From Eledone cirrhosa (Eukaryota), in assembly GCA_964016885.1 (NCBI GenBank), contig OZ024740.1, positions 426,312,001-426,376,000 on the forward strand: a stretch of 64,000 bases of DNA. The letters are read 5' to 3'. The notes under the pieces were generated by a model. That model saw only the letters and a program-made list of their open reading frames with translations, did not search any database and was not told where the DNA came from. Below are positions 30,952 through 43,312 of this stretch, piece after piece (positions within the stretch are counted from its first letter, which is position 1; each line of letters begins with the position of its first letter). A program made the translations under genes and the position numbers.

Positions 30952-32133
30952 TGGATATACTTTAACTTTAATTATATCTCATAAAATAATACAACTGGTT
31001 TTTCCACATTATACATATTGTTAGCACCCCAAACACTTAAATTGGATCTATATTTTAATATAACCTAATGTTTGTTGAGTGAGATGGTTACCAGTCAGAG
31101 TTTAGCTTTAAACTATCTATGTTATTGTATTAAATATTTTCTCTTGAATGGCCAGAGGTGTTTATTTCCAGGTACCTTATGAATTTGACTTTCCGTATTT
31201 ATTACTGTTGTGAAATATTGTGGCTTTTTTTTGGATGTAACTTCTCTGTTTTTTAGCCTAGGAAAATATATATATATACGTAGGTATATAATTACATGCA
31301 TATATGTATTTATTTTCTTTTATTAATTGAGTTCTTTACACGAGGAATTAATATTGGTTTTGAAATAACTAATTAACCCGCGTGTGTTTTATATTTTACT
31401 CTTAATAATTCGGCCGGAGAATTATATTCCCATTTGCCCTTTATAGCATAACTTTCTGCATTTACTGCGGTTATGAGAAGCGGTTCTTATTCGGGTACAA
31501 CTTCTGATTTAGCCTAAGAAAATATCTATATGCGTGTGTAATTTATACAAGCATATATTTATTTTTTTATTTTCAATTGAGTTCTTAAACACGTTGGATT
31601 GATAATGTTTTCAAAAAAACTAATTAACCCGCGTGTATATTATTATTTTTTTTCCTCATTTCGTGGGTTGTCTCCCCTTCCCGCTTCGTGTCGCTATGAT
31701 ACTTCCTCAGTCAAAAACTGCTGGAATTTCAAATTTGGCGGTCATTCGAGGTGAGAGAGACCAACTTTACGGACATGATTTTGACAGCGGTAAGAAATTG
31801 TTTTCTTATATCAATGTTTAATGGGCTTCCACTGATGATTTATAAGTACCCACCTAAATATATTCTTACATGAATATATATTAGGCTTCTACATAAACTG
31901 GAAACATTCTCCCAAACTTGTAGAAAACTTATAATGAAACAATTGTTTGGAAAGAGAGATATACTTTAACTTTAATTATATCTCATAAAATAATACAACT
32001 GGTTTTTCCACATTATACATATTGTTAGCACCCCAAACACTTAAATTGAGTCTATATTTTAATATAACCTAATGTTTGTTGAGTGAGATGGTTACCAGTC
32101 AGAGTTTAGCTTTAAACTATTTCTGTTATTGTA

Positions 32134-32135
<2 letters not shown>
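30952..32135 (+). mobile_element. Non-coding ~1-kb retrozyme-like / non-autonomous Penelope-like element with ~180-bp direct repeats
   Basis: Direct repeats 30954-31131 / 31958-32135, an HHR immediately upstream of the second repeat, a 3' end running into (TA)n, and no meaningful ORF. Confidence 0.75.
31827..31952 (+). ncRNA. Type-I HHR with ~97-nt stem II domain
   Basis: ttcca-CTGATGA-t-ttataagt...acttataa-t-GAAA-caattg-T-T-tggaa: 5-bp stem I, 8-bp stem II base, internal hairpin cctaaatatattc/gaatatatattagg, palindromic AAACAATTGTTT. Predicted cut after 31947. Confidence 0.7.
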
Positions 32136-32194
<59 letters not shown>

Positions 32195-32201
<7 letters not shown>

Positions 32202-32390
32202 GTGAGTTATTTTTACAAAATGAAAAATAACCGAGGAGTCCTACACGAGTGAAAGTATAAAGAATAAAATATGAAATCGAAAATGCAACTGGAGTCTTAT
32301 TTTTAAAAAAATATACATATTTTTTTAAATCTGTATATTTAAAAAAAAATAAGACTCCAGTTGCATTTTCGATTTCATCTTTTTTTTTCT
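32195..32390. mobile_element. Second, shorter fold-back copy of family A (opposite orientation)
   Basis: 32195-32310 matches the reverse complement of ~2103-2218. Inverted arms 32271-32317 / 32332-32378, truncated before the HHR. Confidence 0.85.
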
Positions 32391-33309
32391 CTCTCTCTCT
32401 ATATATATATATGTATGTATGTATGTATATATAATATATATATATATATAGAAATAAATAGAATGGAAGATTCGCGCTACATTGAGATAACAATGGACGA
32501 AGCAATAAACGAAGGCAGAGAATGGATTCTGTAAATCTGTTTCGTATAGACACTAAATGGATAGATAGAAAAGTAGAGAGAGAGAGAGAGAGAGAGAGTG
32601 GCGGCTTTGGTATAGGGAGAGAAAGATACTAAATGTGAAGATTAGAGTAGAGAGAGAGAGGGGGGTATTGTGAGAGAAAGAGGCTAGATGTGAAGAGTAA
32701 GAGAAAAATGTGATATATGAAACTGGAGATAAAAAAAATTATGTCAGGAAAAGAGTGATGAAGTAGAAAAAATGGAAATATTGAAATGAGAGGAAGAGAG
32801 AGCGAGAGAGAGAAAGAGCGAGAGAGAGAGAGAGAGAGATGGGGAGGGAGAGAGAGAGGGCGAGGTAGAGAGAGATAGAGAGATATATAGAGACAAGAAA
32901 ATACATGTTTTTGTGTTAGTGTGTATAAACATATTTATATAGATAGATAGATAGATAGATATGTGTGTGTGTGTGGTTATGCTAGTGATTATTTTAAATT
33001 GTCTCAGTTTAAGCATCTGGGAGAAAAATATGAGTTGTAGCCGTAATTTCTAGAACCAGCCTTGTCACACACCACACTGAATCTCCCTGATTATGTTAGT
33101 TACGTACAAACTGTCTGTAGAATACTCAACCAATTACACGTAAATCTGGTGAACTGTCTGTTCCGTTGTTAAAACAATTGGGACACTCATCGTTACAACT
33201 GAAGGAGGTTCAATACTTACACCGTAGTATGAAGAAAACAAAAGTTACATTACCCGAATGTAATTTTTTAAAGATTGCCATTATTTCTTTGTTGTTGTAT
33301 TTGTTGTTG

Positions 33310-36300
33310 TTTACTGTACTAGTGGCCCTCGTCTTTCCCACAGTCACCACCACTATCATCACTATATACCGCTAATATATCATCATATCCCACTCTCAAT
33401 TTCTGCTTTCTATCGCCTTCGTCGCCGTTGTCGTCGTCTCTCTTGTTATTGTTGTCTAGTGGTCATCTCCACTACCACCACTATATACCTCTATTATATA
33501 CTTCTCCAAAAATCTCCTCATCCGCTCTCTATCGTCTCATCGACGTTGTTGTTCTTGTTCAATGTTCTTGTGGCCCTCGTAGGTCCCACTGACACCACCA
33601 CCATCACAATATACCCCCTAACATATCATCCCTCAATACGCTCCTCTTATGTTTTCCATCGTCTTCGTCAATGTTGTGTCTTCGTCACTCTCGTTATCGT
33701 TGTCTATTGGCTCTCGTACACCCCCCCCCCCCCCCCCCAACATACACCACCACCGTCACCACTATATACCTCTAACATATACTTCTCCAGCATTTTCCTC
33801 TTCTGCTTTCTATCGTCTTCGTCGACGTTGTTGTTGCTGTTTCGTTTTTTAGTGGCCATCGTCGTTCCCATAGAGACCACCACCACCATACACCACCACC
33901 ACCACCACTACCATACCACCACCACCTATACCTCTAACATTTCATTTTACCACACTCTCGTTTTCTCATTTCCATCGTTTTAGTCGATGTTGTCTCTATA
34001 TATAAACCTCTATTATCCTTATATATACCTCTATCATCCCTATATATACCTCTATCATTTCTATATACCTCACTATCATCTCTATATATATACCTCTACT
34101 ATCTATATATATATACCTCACTATCATCTCTATATATACCTCACTATCATCTTTATATATACCTCACTATTATCTCTATATATACCCCTATCATCTTTAT
34201 ATATACCTCACTATCATCTCTATATATAACCCTATCATATCTATATATACCTATGTCATCTCTATATATACCTCACTATCATCTCTATATATAGCTCTAT
34301 CATCTCTATATATACCTCTATCATCTATATATATATATACCTCACTATCATCTCTATATATACCTCTATCATCTCTATATGTACCTCACTATCATCTCTA
34401 TATACATACCTCACTATCATCTCTATATATACCTCTATCATCCCTATATGCCTCTATCATCTCTATATATACCGCACTATCATCTCTATATATACCTGAC
34501 TATCATCTCTATATATATACCTCTATCATCTCTATATATACCTCACTATCATCTCTATATATACCTCTATCATCCCTATAATATACCTCTATCATCTTTA
34601 TACATACCTCTATCATCTCTATATACCTGTATCATCTCTATATATACCGCTATCATCTCTATATATACATCTATCATCTATATATACCTCTATCATCTCA
34701 ATATATACCTCTATCATCTCTATATACCTCTATCATCTCTATATACCTGTATCATCTCTATATATACCTCTATCATCTCTATATATAGCTCACTATCATC
34801 TCTATATATACTTCTATCATCTCTATATATCTCTATCATCTCTATATACCTGTATCATCTCTATATATACCTCTATCATCTCTATATATACCTCTATCAT
34901 CTCTATACATACCTCACTATCATCTCTATATACCTCTATCATCTTTATATATATCTCTATCATCTCTATATGTACCTCACTATCATCTCTATATATACCT
35001 CTATCATCTCTATACATACCTCACTATCATCTCTATATATACCTCTATCATCTCTATATATACCTCTATCATCTCTATATGTACCTCACTATCAGCTCTA
35101 TATACATACCTCACTATCATCTCTATATATACCTCTATCATCTCTACATGTACCTCACTAACATCTCTATATACATACCTAACTATAATCTCTATATACC
35201 TCTATCATCTCTATATATACCTCTATCATCTCTATATATACCTCACTATCATCTCTATATGTACCTCACTATCATCTCTATATACATACCTAACTATAAT
35301 CTCTATATACCTCTATCATCTCTATATATACCTCTATCATCTCTATATATACCTCACTATCATCTCTATATATACCTCTATCATCTCTATATGTACCTCA
35401 CTATCATCTCTATATACATACCTCACTATGATCTCTATATATACCTCTATCATCTCTATATGCCTCTATCATCTCTATATATACCTCTATCATCTCTATA
35501 TATACCTCTATCATCTCTATATACCTGTATCATCTCTATATATACCTCTATCATCAATATATATACCTCTATCATCCATATATACCTCTATCATCTCAAT
35601 ATATACCTCTATCATCTCTATATATACCTCTATCATCTCTATATACCTCTATCATCTCTATATACCTCTATCACCTCTATATATACCTCTATCATCTCTA
35701 TATATACCTCTATCTTCTCTCTATATACCTCTATCATCTCTATATACCTGTATCATCTCTATATATACCTCTATCATCTCTATATATACCTCTACCATCT
35801 ATATATATACCTATATCATCTCTATATAACTCTATCATCTCTATATACCTCGCTATCATCTCTATATATACCTCTATCATCTCTATATATCTCTATCATC
35901 TCTATATACCTGTATCATCTCTATATATACCTCTATCATCTCTATATATACCTCTATCATCTCTATACATACCTCACTATCAGCTCTATATACATACCTC
36001 ACTATCATCTCTATATATACCTCTATCATCTCTATATACCTCTATCATCTATATATACCTCTATCACCTCTATATATACCTCTATCATCTCTCTATATAC
36101 CTCTATCATCTCTCTATATACCTCTATCATCTCTATATACCTGTATCATCTCTATATATACCTCTATCATCTCTATATATACCTCTATCTTCTATATATA
36201 CCTCACTATCATCTCCATATACCTCTATCATCTCTATATATACCTCTATCATCTCTATATGTACCTCACTATCATCTCTATATATACCTCTATCATCTCC

Positions 36301-37770
36301 ATACATACCTCACTATCATCTCCATATACCTCTATCATCTCAATATATACCTCTATCATCTATATATATACCTATATCATCTCTATATACCTCTATCATC
36401 TCTATATACCTCACTATCATCTCTATATATACCTCTATCATCTCTATATACCTCTATCATCTCTATATGTACCTTTATCATCTCTATATATACCTCTATC
36501 ATCTCTATATATACCTCTATCATCTCTATACATACCTCACTATCATCTCCATATACCTCTATCATCTCTATATATACCTCTATCATCTCTATATGTACCT
36601 CACTATCATCTCTATATATACCTCTATCATCTCCATACATACCTCACTATCATCTCCATATACCTCTATCATCTCAATATATACCTCTATCATCTATATA
36701 TATACCTATATCATCTCTATATACCTCTATCATCTCTATATACCTCACTATCATCTCTATATATACCTCTATCATCTCTATATACCTCTATCATCTCTAT
36801 ATGTACCTTTATCATCTCTATATATACCTCTATCATCTCTATATATACCTCTATCATCTCTATACATACCTCACTATCATCTCCATATACCTCTATCATC
36901 TCTATATATACCTCTATCATCTCTATATGTACCTCACTATCATCTCTATATATACCTCTATCATCTCCATACATACCTCACTATCATCTCCATATACCTC
37001 TATCATCTCTATATATACCTCTATCATCTCTATATGTACCTCACTATCATCTCTATATATACCTCTATCATCTCCATACATACCTCACTATCATCTCTAT
37101 ATATACCTCTATCATCTCTATATACATACCTCACTATCATCTCTATATATCTCTATCATCTCTATATATCTCTATCATCTCTATATATACCTCTATCATC
37201 TCTATATACATCTAGCATACCTTTCTGACACACTTTCCTCTTCTGCTTTCTATCGTCTTCGTCAACGTCGTCGTCGTCGTCGTTGCTATCTTTATCATTG
37301 CTGTTCTTGTTTAGTGTTCTAAGGGCCTCGTGTTTGCCACAGACACCACAACTATAACCACTCTATAGCCCTAACATATCCTTCTCTAACACTCTCCATT
37401 TCTCATTTCTATCGTCATCGTCAACGTTGTCGTCATCTCTCTCGTTATCGTTGTCTATCTGCATTCTCACTGCTACCACCATCCTCATCACACTCTACCT
37501 TTAACATATCCTTCTGTCACACTCTTCATTGCTCTTTTCTATCGTCTTCGTCGCCATTGTCGTCGCCGTTGTCGTCAACGTCATTATCTTTATCATTGTT
37601 GTTGTTGTTGTTGAGTGTTCTAGAAGCCCTCGTCCTGCCCACAGACACCACCACCACCACTATGTACCTCTAACATGTACTTCTTCAATACTCTCCTCTT
37701 CTCTTTTCCATCTTCTTCGTCGCCGTTGTCGTCAACGTCGTTATCATTATCATTGTTGTTCTTGTTATTA
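33310..37770. repeat. Degenerate ~130-180-bp tandem repeat (caccaccactatatacctctaacat...ttctgctttctatcgtcttcgtc) interrupted by a minisatellite
   Basis: Units recognisable at 33310-33990 and again at 37210-37770. Confidence 0.65.
33995..37210. repeat. ~19-23-bp minisatellite CTATCATCTC(TA)nCCT(CA)
   Basis: Continuous array with a 334-bp internal duplication (identical ORFs at 36383 and 36717). Confidence 0.95.
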
Positions 37771-38789
37771 TTTTCAACGTTTTAATGTCATGTACTTATT
37801 TTATCTTCCTTTCTACACTCTCATATTATCAACGTTCTTCCATATTATTTCTTTTCTTTTTCTCATTTGCTTTTATCAAAATTCTTTCCGCTTTTATTAA
37901 TTAAAAAAGATTGTTATTGTTGTTACTATTTTTTATCTTCAAAATTTCATTTTTATTCTTTACTGTATGTTATGAATAGTTTTCCTCATTTCTTTTTGTT
38001 TTAATTCTTAAGAATTACTCTATTAATGTTTAGACCAAAGGAATTTGGTTCAGCGAATAGAAGTTATTTGCATATTTATCAGTTTTCTTGATAAACCATA
38101 CAGCAATAAAAATAATAACATCAACATGCTAGCTAGGAAGGGAGTTGCTACACGGTCGATCGACCTGCTAGAAATAATAGCCAAATATCTCTTTAAATCG
38201 TTATACTCTAGCGTTTGAAAGTATATTGTTTACGTTTGATCATGTGCCATATATACACTGTTTGAAAGAAAGAAAACAACAACAACAATAACAATAACAA
38301 AAACAAATAGAAAGGTTAGTTAATGCTTAAATGTTTTGGGTTCATTAGATAACATACTGTTGAAGAAGAAGAAGAAGAAGAAGAAGAAGAAGAAGAAGGG
38401 CAACAACAACAGCAACAACAACAAATATATAATCAAAAACAAAAAGAACAACGAAGAGAACGTGACAATGACGATAACGATGGATTACGTTTGTAGAATG
38501 GTCACAGACAGGTTTGTATAGAGAATAAGGTTATCACTTCTATTGTTTCTACAAATATTATATGTCCCTTTACATATGGTTAAATCATCTAGCCGGTTTC
38601 AAGGGGCTATGGAGTTCAATTCCTCATAGCGGCTGATGGCAATATATTTATACAAGGGCGATGCTCCAGCATAGCCTCAGCCGGATGGCTGGACCAGGTA
38701 AAAGATAGAAGAAACATTTTCAAGACAAATTATTTTCTATCCAAGGAAAATAGTGTAGATGTTAAATAACCCCCAAAGCTGTCCTGTAA

Positions 38790-39355
38790 TTAGTCTAGAA
38801 AGTAGAACCCACAGATATCTGTTTTCATAATTTAGATGTAGCAAATTCCAAATTGTAATTTTTCTTCTTCGCACCAACAATAAAACTATTTATTGTTGCT
38901 ACTTTGTTTATGGCTCGTGTGTTCAGTATTGAAGTACGGGAAACACTTCACAAACCTTCTGGTAATTAATCTGTGCAATGCTGAGGATTTTGATTGCCAT
39001 TTGTTCAGTTTTCTGTTATAGATTTGTTGGCTAAAAATAATCGATCTTTAGTGACGTATAAGACTTTGCATTATCCTTTCTGATATTCTGGAAACATGTT
39101 GCTTTATAACAAGTGTTGGTTAGTTTCTGTGATATTATTGCAGTTAAGATGTAGGTAAACATGTTATGTTTTGTGGTTTTCTAGTCTGTTGTGTCAACGT
39201 TCTGGTGGGATCAGGGAGGTTTCCATCAGGTAAGGCATTCGAATAACATTTTTGGCTTCATCAACATCTCATTAAACTTTTTTTCAAGTACACCATGTAT
39301 TCTTGATAAATATTTCACCCAGATATTTGGGATATTGTCATGTCACCGTCCCTCC
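38790..39355 (-). pseudogene. Decayed reverse transcriptase of an R4/Dong-like non-LTR retrotransposon
   Basis: Collinear motifs across frameshifts: TSLIP, ITCLPT (39150-39167), ILTAIIS, MFPEYQKG, TKDRL..ANKSITEN, LSIAQINYQKVCEVFP (compare LIPK..YRPITCL..EQKG..KDQL..WIDY.KAFDSVPH). Confidence 0.7.
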
Positions 39356-39399
39356 ATTTGCTTACATTTTTCTGTGTTAGACACTTCTTCTGTACATCT

Positions 39400-39601
39400 T
39401 TTTCGCTTGGAACTCCCACTCTCGCTATATAGATGAGGGAGAGGTCATAACTTTCTGTCTATCTACTCTTTCTGTCACATCGAGAACACACGGCATTCTC
39501 TTTTCATTCACTTTCTATGTATATATCTCTCGCTTGGCGCTCCCCCTCTATATAGATTGAACGTGACAGACAGACAGACAACGCTTTTATTATAATATAG
39601 A
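39400..39601 (-). mobile_element. Possible 5' end of a non-autonomous Helitron
   Basis: Minus strand a|TCtatattataataaaagcgttgtctgtctgtctgtcacg is a TC start plus tetranucleotide tract typical of such elements. No 3' CTRR end found, so the extent is uncertain. Confidence 0.4.
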
Positions 39602-40945
39602 TTGTAGTTATTATAAAAATGTCTAACATATATACAATGAAATATATTTTAAAAGAGACAACGACCGAATTATGTACGCGAGTTTAAAATTATTACTTAA
39701 TCGTCACTAGGGAACAGACTACTTGATATTTTCTCCACTGATCTATTGAATTTACATTTCAGCATCTTCATCTATGTCAGTGAATATCTAAATATTTTTA
39801 CATGATCATTTTAGATCATTGCTAGACATAGAAGCTAAATTTCTCTCAACTCAACCTAATTTTTCAGAATATAGGAATATAAGAATAAAGACAAGAGTCA
39901 CTGTTGGGACGTGTTTTATCACATGGTTCCTCGACCAGAGACTACTTAAAGCTAGACAACATCAACAGCAATAATTAAAAGAGTTCCGTCGTTGAGGGAG
40001 TCGTTAAATGCTTATTTTAATTGCTGGAAATTACAGTTAAAGATACATATTGGATAATTTAGTCCTTGATGCACCGAGTTAGTAACAGCTGAACTATCGT
40101 TGATAATAGTTCTGTACATTCTGGTCTGATTGGAACTAAAGAGAAATAGTTAGAACTTGAACAGCAGATAACAACATCATCAATAAGGACTCGATGAGAA
40201 AGGTAAATAGGAAAAGCAACAACCACAAGGATAATAGTAAACAACAATAAGAGTAACAGCAGCAGCATCTCCAACAACAATGATAACAACAAACAACAGC
40301 AGCAGTATTATAACCACCACCACCAACAGCAACAGCAACAATGACTAATAATACAATGAGAATGAAGAGGATGACAATGCAACCAACTATACACTGCAAG
40401 TCACCTGGACTGACGCCATATTGTTAATGAATTCCCCCACCTCCGCCATCTCTCAGCTTTTGAGAATATCGTCCATATTAGCTAGTTAACCATTTTCAGT
40501 TCTCTTCCGTTTCCATATTTAATGATTCGCTTCACGTATCAAACATAATCAATAACTACTGCAACAACAATAAGAGCAATAACATCCATAACAACAGCTG
40601 TAGCAACGACAAAGCCCTGAACCAATGAATACGGTTTACTGTAGTCGTCCGGTCTTCTAGAAATAGCTATCCACATCACGCTAAATCACATTCTTCCGTA
40701 AAAAAATGAATAACAAGATTCTACTGTGTCTGAGAAAATATATAGGATGCTCACGTTTATTCAGTTCTAAGTTGTGAAAAAACATCAACAACACAAGTCA
40801 AAGAATAGGATTCAACCTACTGGTACAAGCTTCTAGAAATAGATGTAAAATCTACATTAAATCACCCATGTATCGTTTTGAAAAAGGAAGGATACATTGG
40901 ATAGTCATGTGGCAATTTAAGAAACAATTATAAGAATACACTTAT

Positions 40946-41167
40946 AATAATAATTGTCTCTGATTTAGACACAAGGCCAACATTTTTTGGGGGGGTTGGG
41001 GTTAATCGACCCAGTGCATTACTGGTGCTTTATTTTATCGACCCTCGTAAGGATGAAAGGCAAAGCGAAACTCGGTGGGATTTGAACTCACAAGGTAAAG
41101 GGCCATAACTCTATGATGCCAAGCATAGTATCTGACGTTCTACCGATACTGCCAAACCACCGCCCTA
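40946..41167 (-). mobile_element. SINE, full-length diverged copy
   Basis: 5' agggcggtggtttggcagtatcggtag, B box gagttcaaatccc, same body as 9268-9447. Confidence 0.85.
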
Positions 41168-41171
41168 TAAA

Positions 41172-41358
41172 ATAATAATAATAATTGTTTCTACTTTTGG
41201 CACAAGGCCATCAATTACCCAGTACATTACTGGTACTTTATTTTATCGACCCCGTAAGGATGAAAGGCAAAGTTAACCTCCGCGGGATTTGAACTCAGAC
41301 CGTAAAGGGACGTAACTATGCTGGAAAGCATGGCGTCCGACCCTCTACCGATACTGCC

Positions 41359-41360
<2 letters not shown>
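41172..41360 (-). mobile_element. SINE in tandem with the preceding copy
   Basis: Nearly identical to 9268-9447 and flanked by (AAT)n on both sides. Confidence 0.88.
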
Positions 41361-41389
<29 letters not shown>

Positions 41390-41639
41390 TCTTTATTGAC
41401 TACTGGAGATGAACATTTGATGACGACACTGTGCGGATATACATATAGATGTGGAAACAGAGAATAAGCAAAAAAGTTAAAAAATAATAAACTTATAACA
41501 ACAATCCTCCAATAAAAGGAGCTCCACCCAAGATAATTAAGGGACTGCACAGAACCCCCCCCCCCCCCCTGGTCAACAAGCGTACTATAGAAAAGTGCCC
41601 CTCCCCCTACTTTTTTCTTAAACCTACAGGTGGATATTT

Positions 41640-41950
41640 AGATGAGGTTCTCTCAGGCCATTCTCCTTATAATCAAATACATTTAATCAAATATATGGGT
41701 AGCATTTTTCTTTTAATAATCATCTTCCTATCGAAGTGGAACTTGGAAAGGTCGATGAGGGCTTCTACGAAGGGGAATATATTTGTCTTCAGTCTTTCAA
41801 CTTCATCTGCTACTCAACCTCTTTCACCATAGCTACCACACAGACAAAAATGACTGTCATTTCCGTCACAAAGAAGGCGGCGTGATGAACTCTACAATGG
41901 AATCAGCCTGAAGCTGGATCCGTCCTATACACGGGAACAACAATTTATCA
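41640..41950 (-). pseudogene. Highly decayed non-LTR reverse transcriptase fragment
   Basis: IVVPVYR ... and ALIDLSKFHFD in the expected order (compare IVPI.K and FIDL.KAFD), with many stops. Confidence 0.45.
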
Positions 41951-42909
41951 AAACACCACGTCTCAGATATACACGGAAATTAAATGAGTACCTACCAGCA
42001 GGAGTTGTCAATAGGTTTACGCTGATAATTAGCATTTTCCGCCACAAACTGCACAATTATGCATATATTTCCATTAGCATCTTTGGGTATCTTATGTTAA
42101 TATGAGACGGAATATTATTGTTACCTTGCTGACACGTCGTGCCTAATACGATGAGAATAGAAGGTAGTCTACTAAAAACAAACACTAGTGGATTGTCCGT
42201 AGACCTCTTCTTCGGTGGTGCATGTCACCAAAACGCTGCCGAAATTTATCTCCATCGATGTGCCGTATGGCACACAAAAGATGGAAAGTTATACATACAT
42301 ACATGGTGGCTGCCAACTCGTTTTCGAGTACGGCCACTACTTTATATTCATGTAGGAGAACTCCTACCGATGCGCTGAACGAGTGTGACTTTTTAGTCCA
42401 GCCAGCGACTTGAAAACTCTGGTACAAACACTACACTTGTGACAATTATTGACACATAGTGCTGGGCCCATGGTACCATGTGACGACAAGTGCAGAGAGA
42501 TCTCCAGATATAAAGCAATGCCTGTGCCGTGAAGCTTTTATAGTGAGCAAAGGCACTGCCAGTCCTACTCTCTTAACCAATACATACATACATACATACA
42601 TACATACATACGATAGACAAAAGAGGCCACGTGTTGTCCCTCTCCGACTAACCTTACCCCTCGGAAAAACCCCAGTTTATGGATGCGAAATTCGAAATAT
42701 AGGGACAATTAAATCACTTCCAAGGTAACTCTATCTCGTGTTATTATTTTTACACTCTTTCCTACGTTCCTCTACACCCCATACGTCTCATTCTACATTT
42801 CCTGTTACATCTCTCTCATCATCACCTGATTCTGTTACCCGGAGATTTACTCATCTTCATTGTTGAGGTTTCCAAAACAACCAATTATATTATTCCACAA
42901 TGCTTCAAG

Positions 42910-42975
<66 letters not shown>

Positions 42976-43127
42976 AGGTGAAACTTGAACCGTTAAGGTC
43001 TCATTCCTGGATATGTCAATATTTATAAAACAAACTTTGTATTTTATCTGATGAGAGCGTACGAAAGTTTTGGTACCCTTAGAATATATTTGGTTTTATA
43101 AATATAGTTTCCATTTATTAATATCAT

Positions 43128-43175
<48 letters not shown>

Positions 43176-43249
43176 TATATTGTAATACTAATGTATATAT
43201 ATATATATATAAATACTTATATATATATATATACTTATATATATATATA

Positions 43250-43312
<63 letters not shown>

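Noticed and set aside
34379-37322. Tyr/Ile/His-rich ORFs up to 747 aa
   Set aside because: Translations of the minisatellite.
42060-42730. Higher-complexity stretch with short ORFs (63-89 aa)
   Set aside because: No recognisable motif or splice pattern. Could be an old TE or an exon, but this cannot be supported.
43048-43067. CTGATGA-gagcgtac-GAAAg between two (TA)n tracts
   Set aside because: Core boxes are present but stem II has about 1 bp and no stem I was found. At best a decayed HHR.
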